From: Epithemia pelagica
Lineage: Eukaryota; Protista; Bacillariophyta
DNA: 64,000 nt
Direction of reading: 5' to 3'
NCBI GenBank assembly: GCA_946965045.2
Contig: OX337234.1
Location: 2,480,001 to 2,544,000, forward strand
The notes beneath the pieces are model-generated. The model saw only the letters and a program-made list of their open reading frames with translations, was not told where the DNA came from and ran no database searches. This document shows positions 54,037 to 64,000 of the stretch, piece by piece (position 1 is the first letter of the stretch; each line of letters opens with the position of its first letter). The position numbers and the translations under genes are program-made.

Positions 54037-55295
54037 ATGACAAACAAAAACAAAAGGACAAGACCTCGACTCGATGCTGCAGCTAAGAAGAAGGCAGAAA
54101 AGACGGCGGCTATTCCGTCGAAACAACCATCGATCGAACCCGCAGCCAAGGGCATTTTGACGCGAGGACAATTGACGGCTCTCATTTTTCTGTTCATGGG
54201 GATCTCTCGTCTCTTTCAAGTAGGAAGTGCCATCCGAAAGGAAGGGAACATCGAAACTTATGAAGAGGATGGAAATTTTACCATGCCGGACCAGCTCGAA
54301 CCCCAGGCTGACAAATCCTGCCTTCATTTTTTCAATGGCACAGGTGACGGCAGTGAGTGGACACCCGCTTCGACTTGCGTTGAGGATGGCTTCAATGCCC
54401 TGCTCAAGTATAAGTATGCGGTGGGATGGCAAGTGGTAGTCTTGGTAGCGGCAGTCATCCTTCAATGTTGGCATGTGGAAGAATGGTTGCTCCGCTTCAA
54501 TACTGGTCTCATTGTTGTGTCACCCATTCTGCCATCGGTCCTGTCCTTACTCCTTTGTGTCCCCGATTTGATTGCGAAGAAAAGCATTTGGCCGCACATG
54601 ATTATGGCGCTGGTGTTGTCCTATGTCGGTTCACCAATGTCGTTTGATTTTCTTCCCTTTTTGACCAAGCCTCCCGCTGCCATTCCTCCACGCGGCAATA
54701 CCAAATCGGTCCAATCCCTCGTGCTGTTGGGCTTGGCCAGCTTTTTCTTTTTGCAAGCAATTGTACAATGGGGCGTCCCATTGTTGCCAAGTTTGTACCA
54801 TTTGCATACCAGCAAGGATGTCATGACCGCGACGAGCAATGCCATGTCATGGATCAACGAGGAACTTCTTACCTCAGCCACCAAGTCACCCTCATCCTTG
54901 GTTGTAACGTTGCTTCTTTTGGTCGACAAGCTGACCATTGCCTTTGTTTACATTTTCTCTTGGTTTTATCTGCCCGAACAGCAGCAGAGGGTAAGTGCCA
55001 TGTGTTTCACGGATGAGTCTCGCTACGGAATTGACGTCACAAGCTGGATTGTGTCTCGAATCACACATGGGAACTCACCTGAGCACGTCTTTTCATGTTT
55101 TCTTTCCGTTAGACGATTCTCTTGTACACGGGTGTAATTTATTTCTGTGTGGCAACCTACCAGTGGACATGGTTGGATCATCAGATTGCCAATGCCCTTG
55201 TGTTGCAAGGAATGGATTGGGCCCTCGCAGGGTTTGGAATTATTTCCTGGCTCGCTCCATCTTTTGTCACCAAGAAGAAAGAGCACTCTGAATAA
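54037..55295 (+). CDS. hypothetical multi-pass membrane protein (exons 54037-54990, 55113-55295)
   Basis: Several hydrophobic helices. The intron gtaagt...ttag gives an in-frame second exon ending KKKEHSE*. Confidence 0.65.
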
Positions 55296-56013
55296 ATAGT
55301 AAACCATAGAGTACACCAAGGGAGGGAAAGTTTAATAAGAAACGTTTAAACGTTAACGTTCCCCCAAGTAGTGTGCCTAAGTTAGAGCTCGCAAAGTCCA
55401 CAACTTTTCATATGGCACTCCTATTCTCTGCAAGGTATAGGTGTAAGGAAGCTTGTTGCAGCTGATAAGGAGAAGAAGACCCGATCTCATCATGAAAAAT
55501 CACAAAGGCATCTCGCGCATCTTACTTCTAGGACTAGGAGTATGGGCTCTGGGGGACGAAAAATTCCACCGTGACAGCGTAGTATTATCTATCGTGGTGG
55601 AATTTTTCGTCCCCCGGACCCCGTACTCTAGAGGAGTGCTATGTACATCCATCCAACATAGCTCTACCCCTCGACCGCTACAACCGAGAGGTAGGTCGTC
55701 CCCATGACCGTTGGTCCTCCCTCCCGTCCCGTACATTCGTGTGCGTGAGGGACATTTGGGGGAAGGCCAGGCGCTACGTTTGGGTGCGGCGGTCATTTCT
55801 CATCATCGTTCTGTGTTGTTGAATTCATCTTGTGCACACAAGAAAGAAGAGCAAGAACAGCGAGACCCAAGGTTAATTCTTGGATCTTTCCTTTGCTAGA
55901 GTGATATTGACAAAGGACAAATCTCTCGTCTAGGATCACACCCGTCTCATTGATTGAGATTGAGGAAGCATTTTCCCCCAGGACCCAAATCTGAGACCCA
56001 AGCTTGAGTAACC

Positions 56014-58368
56014 ATGAGGATTGTTGGCTCCATTTTTGCCCTGGTGGCACTGTTTGTGCTTAATGCCAATAATGTGGAAGCAGGACCACTCAAGGAAGGT
56101 CAACGCGAACGTGCCATTAAGCGTCTCAACGAAGCCATGAAGCACACGGAACTTGCCGAATCTACCCAAAAGAAGTTGGAGGAAGGAAAGCGTTTGAATC
56201 GAAGAGAACGTCGGGAAGTCAAGAATGTGGAACGAAATGTGTACCTTTCCAAACGGGCACAGGGACAAGATGAGGTGAGTTGTGTGTCAGTGGAGTGAGG
56301 GTGAATTTTCTCCTGTAAAGAAAAGGATGTCGTGGTCGTCTTCTTGATCCTCCTTTGGTTGGCTTACAACGTCTTTTCTCCTGAACAGGTTTCGAATACC
56401 AAAGAAGCTGCCGCTCTTCGAGCGTACAAGTTGCGATCCAAGAAGCGCAAGGGTCTTTTGCGAAAACGGGAGGCTTCGTTGGCTGAGGTCCTCTTTCCGG
56501 GTGTGGCTCCGGAAAACTACATGCCGAATGAGAAAGTCTACATTAATGCCGACTTGGTCGATTCCCGAAAGACTCCCATTCCCTACGAGTACTACGACTT
56601 GCCCGTTTGCCCGGCACCGACAGAAACTGATTTTGGACGTTTGAGGCGTGAACGTCGCAACCTTGGTTCTCGCTTACAAGGTCATTACCTCAAGGTGGCG
56701 CCCTTTTCCAAACTTCGCGTGAAGGACAATATTGGTTGTACGCCCATGTGTATGGTCAATTTCAATTCCAAAACCATGCGCTGGATTCGTCGTTTGATCG
56801 AACGACAATACCGAGTTCAACTCACCTTGGATCAGCTCCCGGTCTTGATGCGCAGCAAAGAATACAACTACGCGGTTCGTGGTTACCCTCTGGGTTTCCA
56901 GGCACCTCCTTCGTTCAAGGCGCTCACATCGGGAGAATTTTACTTTTTCAATCACCTCAAGTTCGTCATCACCTACAACGAAGATCCTTCTTCCTTCAAT
57001 GGTGTCCGAATCACTGGTTTTGATGTTCACCCCATGTCCATCAATCATGAACTTCCCTCGGATGGATCCGCCGTCACCGATGCCTCCGAACTGAGTACTT
57101 GCAGTGGAGGAACGGTGGAAAATAACCCCGAAAAATACCTTGCTCTTCGCATGAAAGGTCCGTCGTCCCTTTCCGTTGTGTACTCATACGAAGTTCAGTG
57201 GACAGAATCCGATCTTGCTTGGGCAGACCGTTGGGACGTCTACTTGGTTGGTGCTCCGGATGATGACCTTCACTATTTCAGCATTGTCAATTCGCTCATG
57301 ATTGTGCTTTTCTTGACGGGTGCCATCAGTACTATCATGATTCGTACTCTCCGAAAAGATATTGCTGTCTACAACGAAATGGACAGCTTGGATGATTCTG
57401 CGGAAGAGACTGGATGGAAGCTTGTTCATGGCGATGTCTTCCGCCCTCCCACCTCATATCCCATGGTTCTTTCCGTCCTCTCGGGAACCGGATCTCAGAT
57501 TGGCCTTTCGTTTGCTATTACCATGATTGCTTCCATGGCCAAGTTGTTAAACCCTGTGAAGAAAGGGCACACTCTCACTGCCATTATCGTCTTGTATGTT
57601 CTTTGCGGAAGTGTTGCCGGATATGTCAGCAGCCGCATCTACAAATTTTCCGATGGAAAGGCATGGAAACTCAATGTTATCATGACAGCTGTGGGATTGC
57701 CAGGACTCATTGTGTCGGTCTTTACTGTCCTCAACTTTATGTTGAGCATTGCTGGAGCTGCGACAGCAGTCAGTATCTTGACCATTATCTGTCTTTTCTT
57801 GCTTTGGGTTTGCGTCTCAGCTCCCCTTGTCTTCATTGGGGCCTTTTTCGGACTCAAGCAAGACAAGATTGAATGCCCAGTCAAGACGAACCAAATTGCG
57901 CGAGTCGTTCCTCCCTTGCCTTGCTATGCGGAGCCACGCTTCACCTTCATCATGGGTGGTCTCCTTCCCTTTGGAAGTGTCTGTATCGAGCTAGCCTTTA
58001 TCATGTCGGCTCTCTGGCTTCACCAGATTTACTACGTGATGGGATTCCTTCTTGCCGTTTTGCTCATCCTCACGGCAACTTGTGCTCAGGTGAGCGTGGT
58101 CTTGACGTACTTGCAGCTCTGTGCGGAAAACCATCGCTGGTGGTGGTGGTCCTTTTGGAATTGTGCCAGTGCCGGACTCTACCTCTTTTTGTACTCCATC
58201 TGGTTCCTTGGAAGTCGATTGGAAATGGTTGGCTTTTTGCCCGTGATTGTCTACCTTGCCTACATGGGTATGATTAGTATGTGTTTTGGTATCTATTGCG
58301 GTGCTGTTGGCTTTTTGTCCTCCTTTTGGTTTGTGCGGACCATTTATGGAGCGGTGAAGGTGGATTAA
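56014..58368 (+). CDS. TM9SF: transmembrane 9 superfamily protein (nonaspanin/EMP70) (exons 56014-56274, 56389-58368)
   Basis: Signal peptide, then PYEYYDLPVC, NLGSRL, LDQLPV, HYFSIVNSLMIVLFL, GWKLVHGDVFRPP, GGLLPFG, YLQLCAENHRWWW and IYGAVKVD. Confidence 0.95.
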
Positions 58369-58785
58369 TCACAAGCCAAAGAGAACGAGAATTCTTTCTG
58401 AAATCTTTATATACATATATACCAACGACGCCACGTCATAAAGTGAGGGATTTAGTAAACGCACTATTGTTCGATTGAAATCATGTCTTCTTGTCGTGAA
58501 AATCGTCTTGCTTTTGAAGAAAAAGAACGATCTTATATTTGTCCCTTCGTCCTCGGTAGAGCGCACTGAAATCTTTTTTTGTTTTGATATGAACGGCGAC
58601 TGTGGAGAGAAGTCTGAAAACCAGAGAAACAGCTATCTCTCATTCTCGATATTAGTTCCTGCGTATGGATAACTTAAGTCTATTTCCATAGAGCGGAGAG
58701 TTTGCAGAGTCAGGTATGAGGATGTAGGTGCTTTGAAGCTTGAATCGTGTTTCAGCTAAAAGCACGAGAAACATTTCGTTGTTTC

Positions 58786-61700
58786 TCATAGCCTTTCTGG
58801 GACAGGGAGTGACTTCAGTCCATCGCTAATGCTTGTCAGAGGAATATCGGCTTGAGCGCAGGCACGTATGAGCAATGTCTCCCACCCACGAGCATTGCTT
58901 TTATCAGATGCCTCAAAGATGAAACATGATATATTCGGGTGAACATTCTTCCGGTGACTATCGATGCGCTTTTGAATATTATCAGTCTCACCAACGTAAT
59001 GAATAGGGCCTCGATCCGCGGACGGGATTTCCAGAATGTAAAGACAGGATTTCCGGTGGAGATGAACGGGTGGACTGTATTTTGGAGGAACGAACTCGTG
59101 TTTTTCAATGCCTGTAATATCTCCAGCAAGAGCGAGAATCCGTTCTTGGTGAGAAAAGTTTTCATTTTGGTCGTCCGTCCCAAGATCTTGTTGGAATCCA
59201 AACAATTCAGGTACTTGGCTGGGCGCAAGCACTTGAGCTAATTCCTTTGCACGGTCCAAAACACTCGCAGATACGCCATAATAAGCAGCTGAAGCCAGGG
59301 CCATACTGTCGCGACAGACGCCATCTTTCAGCAAGTATGTCCATTTGACCAGCGGCAATGAACCATTGCTACCGGACGAAGTTTGAACTGCCATTTGCTT
59401 GTAAGACATTCTGTTTTTGTTCTTCAGAGGCAAGTCCAAAATACTATGTAGGTGGGTCGCAAATACTCCCGACATGCGTTTACTCGTCATGTCTTCGAGA
59501 ATGGCGGAAGCAAGACTGGAACCGTCACGAGGTGACGTCCCTCGTCCCAATTCATCAACAAACACAAGCGAGCGACTCCCACCGTCTCTCAAAATGCAGC
59601 TTACATCCTCCATCTCTGCACCAAAGGCAGATTTCCCTTCCGATGGCACATCAGCGGAAGCTCCGCGAACAAAGAGGTTGTCGAAGCGGTCGAGACGAGA
59701 TCCAGCGCCGATGGGAGCGCAGAAACCACAAACTGCCAACAAGGCCGCGGCTGCTGTGGATCTCATCAGAGTGCTTTTCCCACTCATGTTTGGAGCAGTC
59801 AGGACCCACATTCCGGCCAGTTCAACAGTGTTGGGAACAGATTCTTGTTTTCCCATCCAGTAAGGCCACACTTTTTCCAGTGATAATCTGTATTCCCGGT
59901 CGCCATCCTCGTCATTTACGACGGCGGTTTGCCATCCCAATTCATTGGCCCTTCTTGCATGGTAATGTACAATCGAGAAAATCAAGTTTATGTGGCAAGC
60001 CAACGAGATCGTGCGTATATACCCGCGGGACTCGAGAGTTTTGCTTAGATCGACAAGAGCATTTTCCACCTCGTTGCCCGCCTCCTTACATGCTCTGATG
60101 TATGCAGACTCTGCTTCACGGACCCGTTCGGTTGTCCAATAAGTGCCCTTTTTACATTTCCGTTCAATGAAGTTCTTTTCGCTAGCCCCATTTGGAACAT
60201 GCTTCAACACAAGTGCATTGTCATGCAGGAGATGACAAAAGTTCTTTTTGGCTGACTTGAGTGGCGGCTTTGAATCAAAGAAATCTTCTGCCTCGAAGAT
60301 AGCCTTTTCCAACGCACGAACTGTTTTCTCGACATTCTCGTATGCTTCAAGAACACTTTCTCTTCGAACCTTTCTCCGCCACCTACCTTCATTGTCCGAC
60401 AGAAATCTACTTGGGATGGAGTCACACTGAGATATTAAATCAAGGTCAGAGTTCGAATCCAGGGCCTCTTGAGCGACGACTGATGAGATGAGTTCCGCAG
60501 CTTCCTTGCAACTTTCTGACAACACTTTCGAATCCTCAGAAATCCCCGATTCATACTTGGCCACAATTAGAAGTGACCGTACAATATCATCGTCAAGAAG
60601 TGGCAAAAGCTCGCAAGTAGCACTGAGGGACTTGCATATTTCGCTAAAAACATTTGGTCCCGCCTGTGCAGCCCGTAACATTGTCAAAATCCTTCCAATG
60701 GTTGGGACAGTTAAATGGGGCAGAGCCCCCACATCTGGTTGTTGCACAAATTTCACCATGTTCGCAATAGAACGAGAAACATCAGGTGGGGGAGGTGTCA
60801 AAAGCCATCTCTGTACCATATCCCTAGTTGCCGCGGGTGCTTTCACCGGCAACACACGATGGAGCAGCGAGGGGATGGCCTTGTTGGCCAATAATCCCAA
60901 TTGTGTCGCAGTCTCCACTTGTAGAGCATTGGTTCCCTTCTCGTTTTGAGGATTCTCTACAATTGTGAAATGATCAGCTGTGAGGCCATCAAAGTCAGAT
61001 TCTTCGAGAACCCTCGAAAGGACTATTTTGCATGCTCTTTCAGCCTCACTCTGCCCAGGCTTTAATACCGGAAGTAAAGTTGGATTCATAAATCGAATGC
61101 TGAACGGACGCTTGTCGCCGTTGGGAGTTTTGTATTCTCGTAGGAAACTAGGTGCTTTTCCTGCCGATGAGTGTTCCCTCTGGGTGGGAACGTACCAGAC
61201 AGGGTCGGCAGGTGGATGAGCCGCCAAGTGACAAGTCACAGCTTTGTCAGTGAACCTTTCATAGACTCGGACAGTTTGGTCGTCAACTCGTACTTCTACC
61301 AAAACGTATCCTGAAGCTAGGTGAAGAAGGCCCACATAGGGACGAGGAACATACTCCCATTCTTGCTGATGGCCGTCCTTCATGGTCATATCATAGAGAT
61401 AGATTGGATACGCAGGTGAAACAATTTGTTGAAACCGACGTATTTTGGGATTTCCAGTGCCAGATTCTTCATACACTGCTGCAGAGAAGCCTTCCGATAT
61501 CAACTGATCCAGAGTAATCTGGATGTTTTGTATTGGACACCCAGCTTTTGCCAGTCCACCCATTGGGTTGAGGCCACAATGTTCCACCAGCATGATCGCA
61601 TCCACACCAAAGGTCTCGTAGAATTCCCCCACTCTTGCGAGTATAATGCATTTAGGTCTTTCTTGTTTCCACGCTTTGAACTTTAACAGGGTAGGGGGAC

Positions 61701-62634
61701 CTTTTTTGCCATTGTTTTCAGACTTTTTGAGGGCAGAGTCATCTGCAGCGTCTATTTCGGAACTTGTTTCAACGCCATGGCGCCAATCTTTGTCAAAGCC
61801 CAGCGGGTTGGCACCTGTGAGCTGCCGAACAAGAGCTTGAGCCCCCGGTCTGGTAACATCCAATAAATGCTTTCTCCAAACCGAAGGAATCTGGCAGTTG
61901 TCAGAAGCAAAAAGTTTGCGCACAGAGTCCGCGTACGGTGAATCGAACTCTTCCATGATTTCTGAGTCATCATCGACAACATCTTCTTCATAATCTTCTG
62001 GCTGTTGTGGAGAGACAAATTGTTCCTCGTCCTGCACTTCCGTCGAGAAAGACCTTTGCAAATTTCCCTCCTCCAGTGAGATCCCACTGTTCCTTCTCCT
62101 GATTTCACTTTGGTTATTGTTCTTCTTGCCCACTCGGCGTTGCGCATCTTTGAGTTCGAGAATCTTTCGTATTAACAAATGCTGCTCGTGGCCCTCATCC
62201 AACTTTTTTTTCAATGTTGCTTTGTCAACCTTCCCATTCGGAAAGCCGTGAATAGCTTGCGACACTTGCTGACGACTATTTACATTCAGGACGCGACCTC
62301 CATTGAGCTTACAGAGATCTCGTTCCATTTCCTCCAATGATTCATGCGTCGGTACTGTGACCCACTCATCGACGTTTTCATTGTCGGGGAAACTACCATT
62401 TTTTGATGCCATGTCATCCTCTTTCGTGGAACTGGACGAATGAAACCGTCGTCGCGAAAATGCTAGAGAAAGAATGGAAGTATCCTGTACTGGCACGAAA
62501 GCCGCCGTCCGATGGTTTCGTGCAATGCGAGTTGGAGCAAAGGCTGCGGTCCAACAAGCGGCACGACTTCTGCAGGCGAGGAACGCCATTGTCATATGGA
62601 TCGCCAATGGACAGCACCAAGAAAATGAAAGCAT
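58786..62634 (-). CDS. MSH1: MSH1-type organellar MutS with a C-terminal GIY-YIG domain
   Basis: RVGEFYETFGVDA (mismatch recognition), TAPNMSGKSTLMR, VFVDELGRGT, FATHLH and C-terminal LYILE...YVGETDNIQKRIDSH. The presequence contains AAFAP. The start codon is inferred. Confidence 0.88.
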   Translation of the reverse strand: MLSFSWCCPLAIHMTMAFLACRSRAACWTAAFAPTRIARNHRTAAFVPVQDTSILSLAFSRRRFHSSSSTKEDDMASKNGSFPDNENVDEWVTVPTHESLEEMERDLCKLNGGRVLNVNSRQQVSQAIHGFPNGKVDKATLKKKLDEGHEQHLLIRKILELKDAQRRVGKKNNNQSEIRRRNSGISLEEGNLQRSFSTEVQDEEQFVSPQQPEDYEEDVVDDDSEIMEEFDSPYADSVRKLFASDNCQIPSVWRKHLLDVTRPGAQALVRQLTGANPLGFDKDWRHGVETSSEIDAADDSALKKSENNGKKGPPTLLKFKAWKQERPKCIILARVGEFYETFGVDAIMLVEHCGLNPMGGLAKAGCPIQNIQITLDQLISEGFSAAVYEESGTGNPKIRRFQQIVSPAYPIYLYDMTMKDGHQQEWEYVPRPYVGLLHLASGYVLVEVRVDDQTVRVYERFTDKAVTCHLAAHPPADPVWYVPTQREHSSAGKAPSFLREYKTPNGDKRPFSIRFMNPTLLPVLKPGQSEAERACKIVLSRVLEESDFDGLTADHFTIVENPQNEKGTNALQVETATQLGLLANKAIPSLLHRVLPVKAPAATRDMVQRWLLTPPPPDVSRSIANMVKFVQQPDVGALPHLTVPTIGRILTMLRAAQAGPNVFSEICKSLSATCELLPLLDDDIVRSLLIVAKYESGISEDSKVLSESCKEAAELISSVVAQEALDSNSDLDLISQCDSIPSRFLSDNEGRWRRKVRRESVLEAYENVEKTVRALEKAIFEAEDFFDSKPPLKSAKKNFCHLLHDNALVLKHVPNGASEKNFIERKCKKGTYWTTERVREAESAYIRACKEAGNEVENALVDLSKTLESRGYIRTISLACHINLIFSIVHYHARRANELGWQTAVVNDEDGDREYRLSLEKVWPYWMGKQESVPNTVELAGMWVLTAPNMSGKSTLMRSTAAAALLAVCGFCAPIGAGSRLDRFDNLFVRGASADVPSEGKSAFGAEMEDVSCILRDGGSRSLVFVDELGRGTSPRDGSSLASAILEDMTSKRMSGVFATHLHSILDLPLKNKNRMSYKQMAVQTSSGSNGSLPLVKWTYLLKDGVCRDSMALASAAYYGVSASVLDRAKELAQVLAPSQVPELFGFQQDLGTDDQNENFSHQERILALAGDITGIEKHEFVPPKYSPPVHLHRKSCLYILEIPSADRGPIHYVGETDNIQKRIDSHRKNVHPNISCFIFEASDKSNARGWETLLIRACAQADIPLTSISDGLKSLPVPERL

Positions 62635-62906
62635 CTCATAACAATCGATGCAGGGAGCGCCAGCGTGGAAGGATCGTGGATGAAAGAAAAAGACGTGGAT
62701 CCTATCCACGTTGTGTATGGATCTTTTTCCCAAGAGACGAAAGAAAATGTGACAAGATGTTTTGGCAAGCAAAAAAAGGGACAGTCCACGACCGTGGATG
62801 GCTGGCGCTTGGTCGCCTTAGAATCGCGTTAAGTCCCAGATCCACAAAGACAATGTTTTTTCCATGTATTCTATTCTACTCCTATGTGCTTCTTTCCAAC
62901 ATCACG

Positions 62907-63593
62907 ATGAAATCAATTCTGCCGGCAGTTGTTCTCGCAACCATCCTCTCATCCATTGACGGCGCTACGCTTGAAACAGATGCAGAAGACTCGTGCATAT
63001 GTACCCTTTTGGATCGTCCGAATGTGCTTGAGAAAGAGAAGCGCGCACGATGGATGGTCCACTCCCTCAATTTTGGTGTTCTCTCCACCATAAGTTCTCG
63101 ATTGCCGGATCAACCGCCCTTTGGGAATGTGTACAGTTTTGTAGATGGTCTATGCAATACGTCCTCGGGAGTCCCGTATTTTTATGGAACCTACATGGAT
63201 CAATCCTTCAAAGATTCCAAGGAGAATCCCAGTGCCTCATTTACCTTGAGCGAAGCTTCGCTTCCAAGTTTATGCGCTGGAAAGGACCCAATCAAGGCAT
63301 GTGCGTCCCACACAGGTTTGGGAGATCCAGAAAATCCTATTTGTGCCCGCCTGACCTTGACGGGGAAACTGGTGGAAGTTCCGTCATCCACCAAGGAATA
63401 TGAGGAGGCCAAGAATGCTCTTCTTCAACGACATCCAGTAATGCAACACTGGCCCACCGGCCATAATTGGATTGTGGCAAAGCTGGAGATTGAAGATATT
63501 TGGTTCATTGATTATTTTGGTGGGGCTAGCATCCTTTCGGTGGATGATTATTTTTCAGTGAATCTATTTCCCTCGACAGACAACGAAGGATGA
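62907..63593 (+). CDS. CREG1: CREG-like secreted split-barrel protein
   Basis: Signal peptide, then ARWMVHSLNFGVLSTISS, PFGNVYSFVDG, GVPYFY, DPENPICARLTLTG, RHPVMQHWP and IDYFGG. Confidence 0.85.
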   Translation: MKSILPAVVLATILSSIDGATLETDAEDSCICTLLDRPNVLEKEKRARWMVHSLNFGVLSTISSRLPDQPPFGNVYSFVDGLCNTSSGVPYFYGTYMDQSFKDSKENPSASFTLSEASLPSLCAGKDPIKACASHTGLGDPENPICARLTLTGKLVEVPSSTKEYEEAKNALLQRHPVMQHWPTGHNWIVAKLEIEDIWFIDYFGGASILSVDDYFSVNLFPSTDNEG

Positions 63594-64000
63594 TACCAAA
63601 TCTGAGGAAATTCATCACTTCCTTCGAAAAGTGTAAGCACTCATCATCACGAGGGAGGAGATGAACTGCACAATTAAGGGACCTTGTTCAATGTTTCTAT
63701 TTTGTTGTCTTGAGGCTACTGAAAAGCTTAACATGGCAAATGGCACTCCTAGGAGTAACATAGATAGGAGTAGGTAGGAGAAGATTAGTGTCTTAGACTC
63801 AAGAGCTAACATCTACATTAAGGTACGGGATTCGATAGGCGGAGACATTGCTGCCGTCAATTCTCAATGCCAAATTTGGATGTCTCATAGCAAGCAGAAG
63901 CGACAGGAAGGCAAAGGGACTGTCGAGGCCATATACAAAGCACCTCTCTCTATCTTTCTCTCTGGTCCCAGCAACGAGATCGCGTTTCATCCGAACACGG

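Overview
Eukaryotic genomic DNA, most likely a pennate diatom: gene-dense, with short GT-AG introns, ASAF-like bipartite plastid presequences and a CoDi-type copia gag. Core genes are COPB, RPF1, a MATE transporter, an RlmI-like methyltransferase, a MYND finger protein, transportin-1, QCR7, a GNAT, a DUF218 protein, TM9SF, organellar MSH1 and CREG. These are interleaved with accessory DNA. (1) The 5' end of a copia/CoDi retrotransposon at the left edge. (2) A 6.2-11.5 kb island holding a DUF3990/ART-like gene, a Sel1 pseudogene and a Crinkler/RHS-type NTPase+REase gene; the latter two plus a tRNA-derived Pol III-like head lie between ~55-bp direct repeats. (3) An 8.9-kb IS630/Tc1-mariner-like DNA transposon (25226-34123) with imperfect TIRs and a TA duplication in a CCTAGG site. 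It encodes a long-spacer DDE transposase plus cargo: a SET-domain gene, two unknown genes and a decayed EST1/SMG5-7-like fragment. (4) An intron-containing, bacterial-like SF1 helicase with a REase-like domain. (5) A frameshifted COG3899-like STAND ATPase. (6) A ~445-bp near-perfect palindrome. All family assignments come from motif recognition by eye; no database searches were run.
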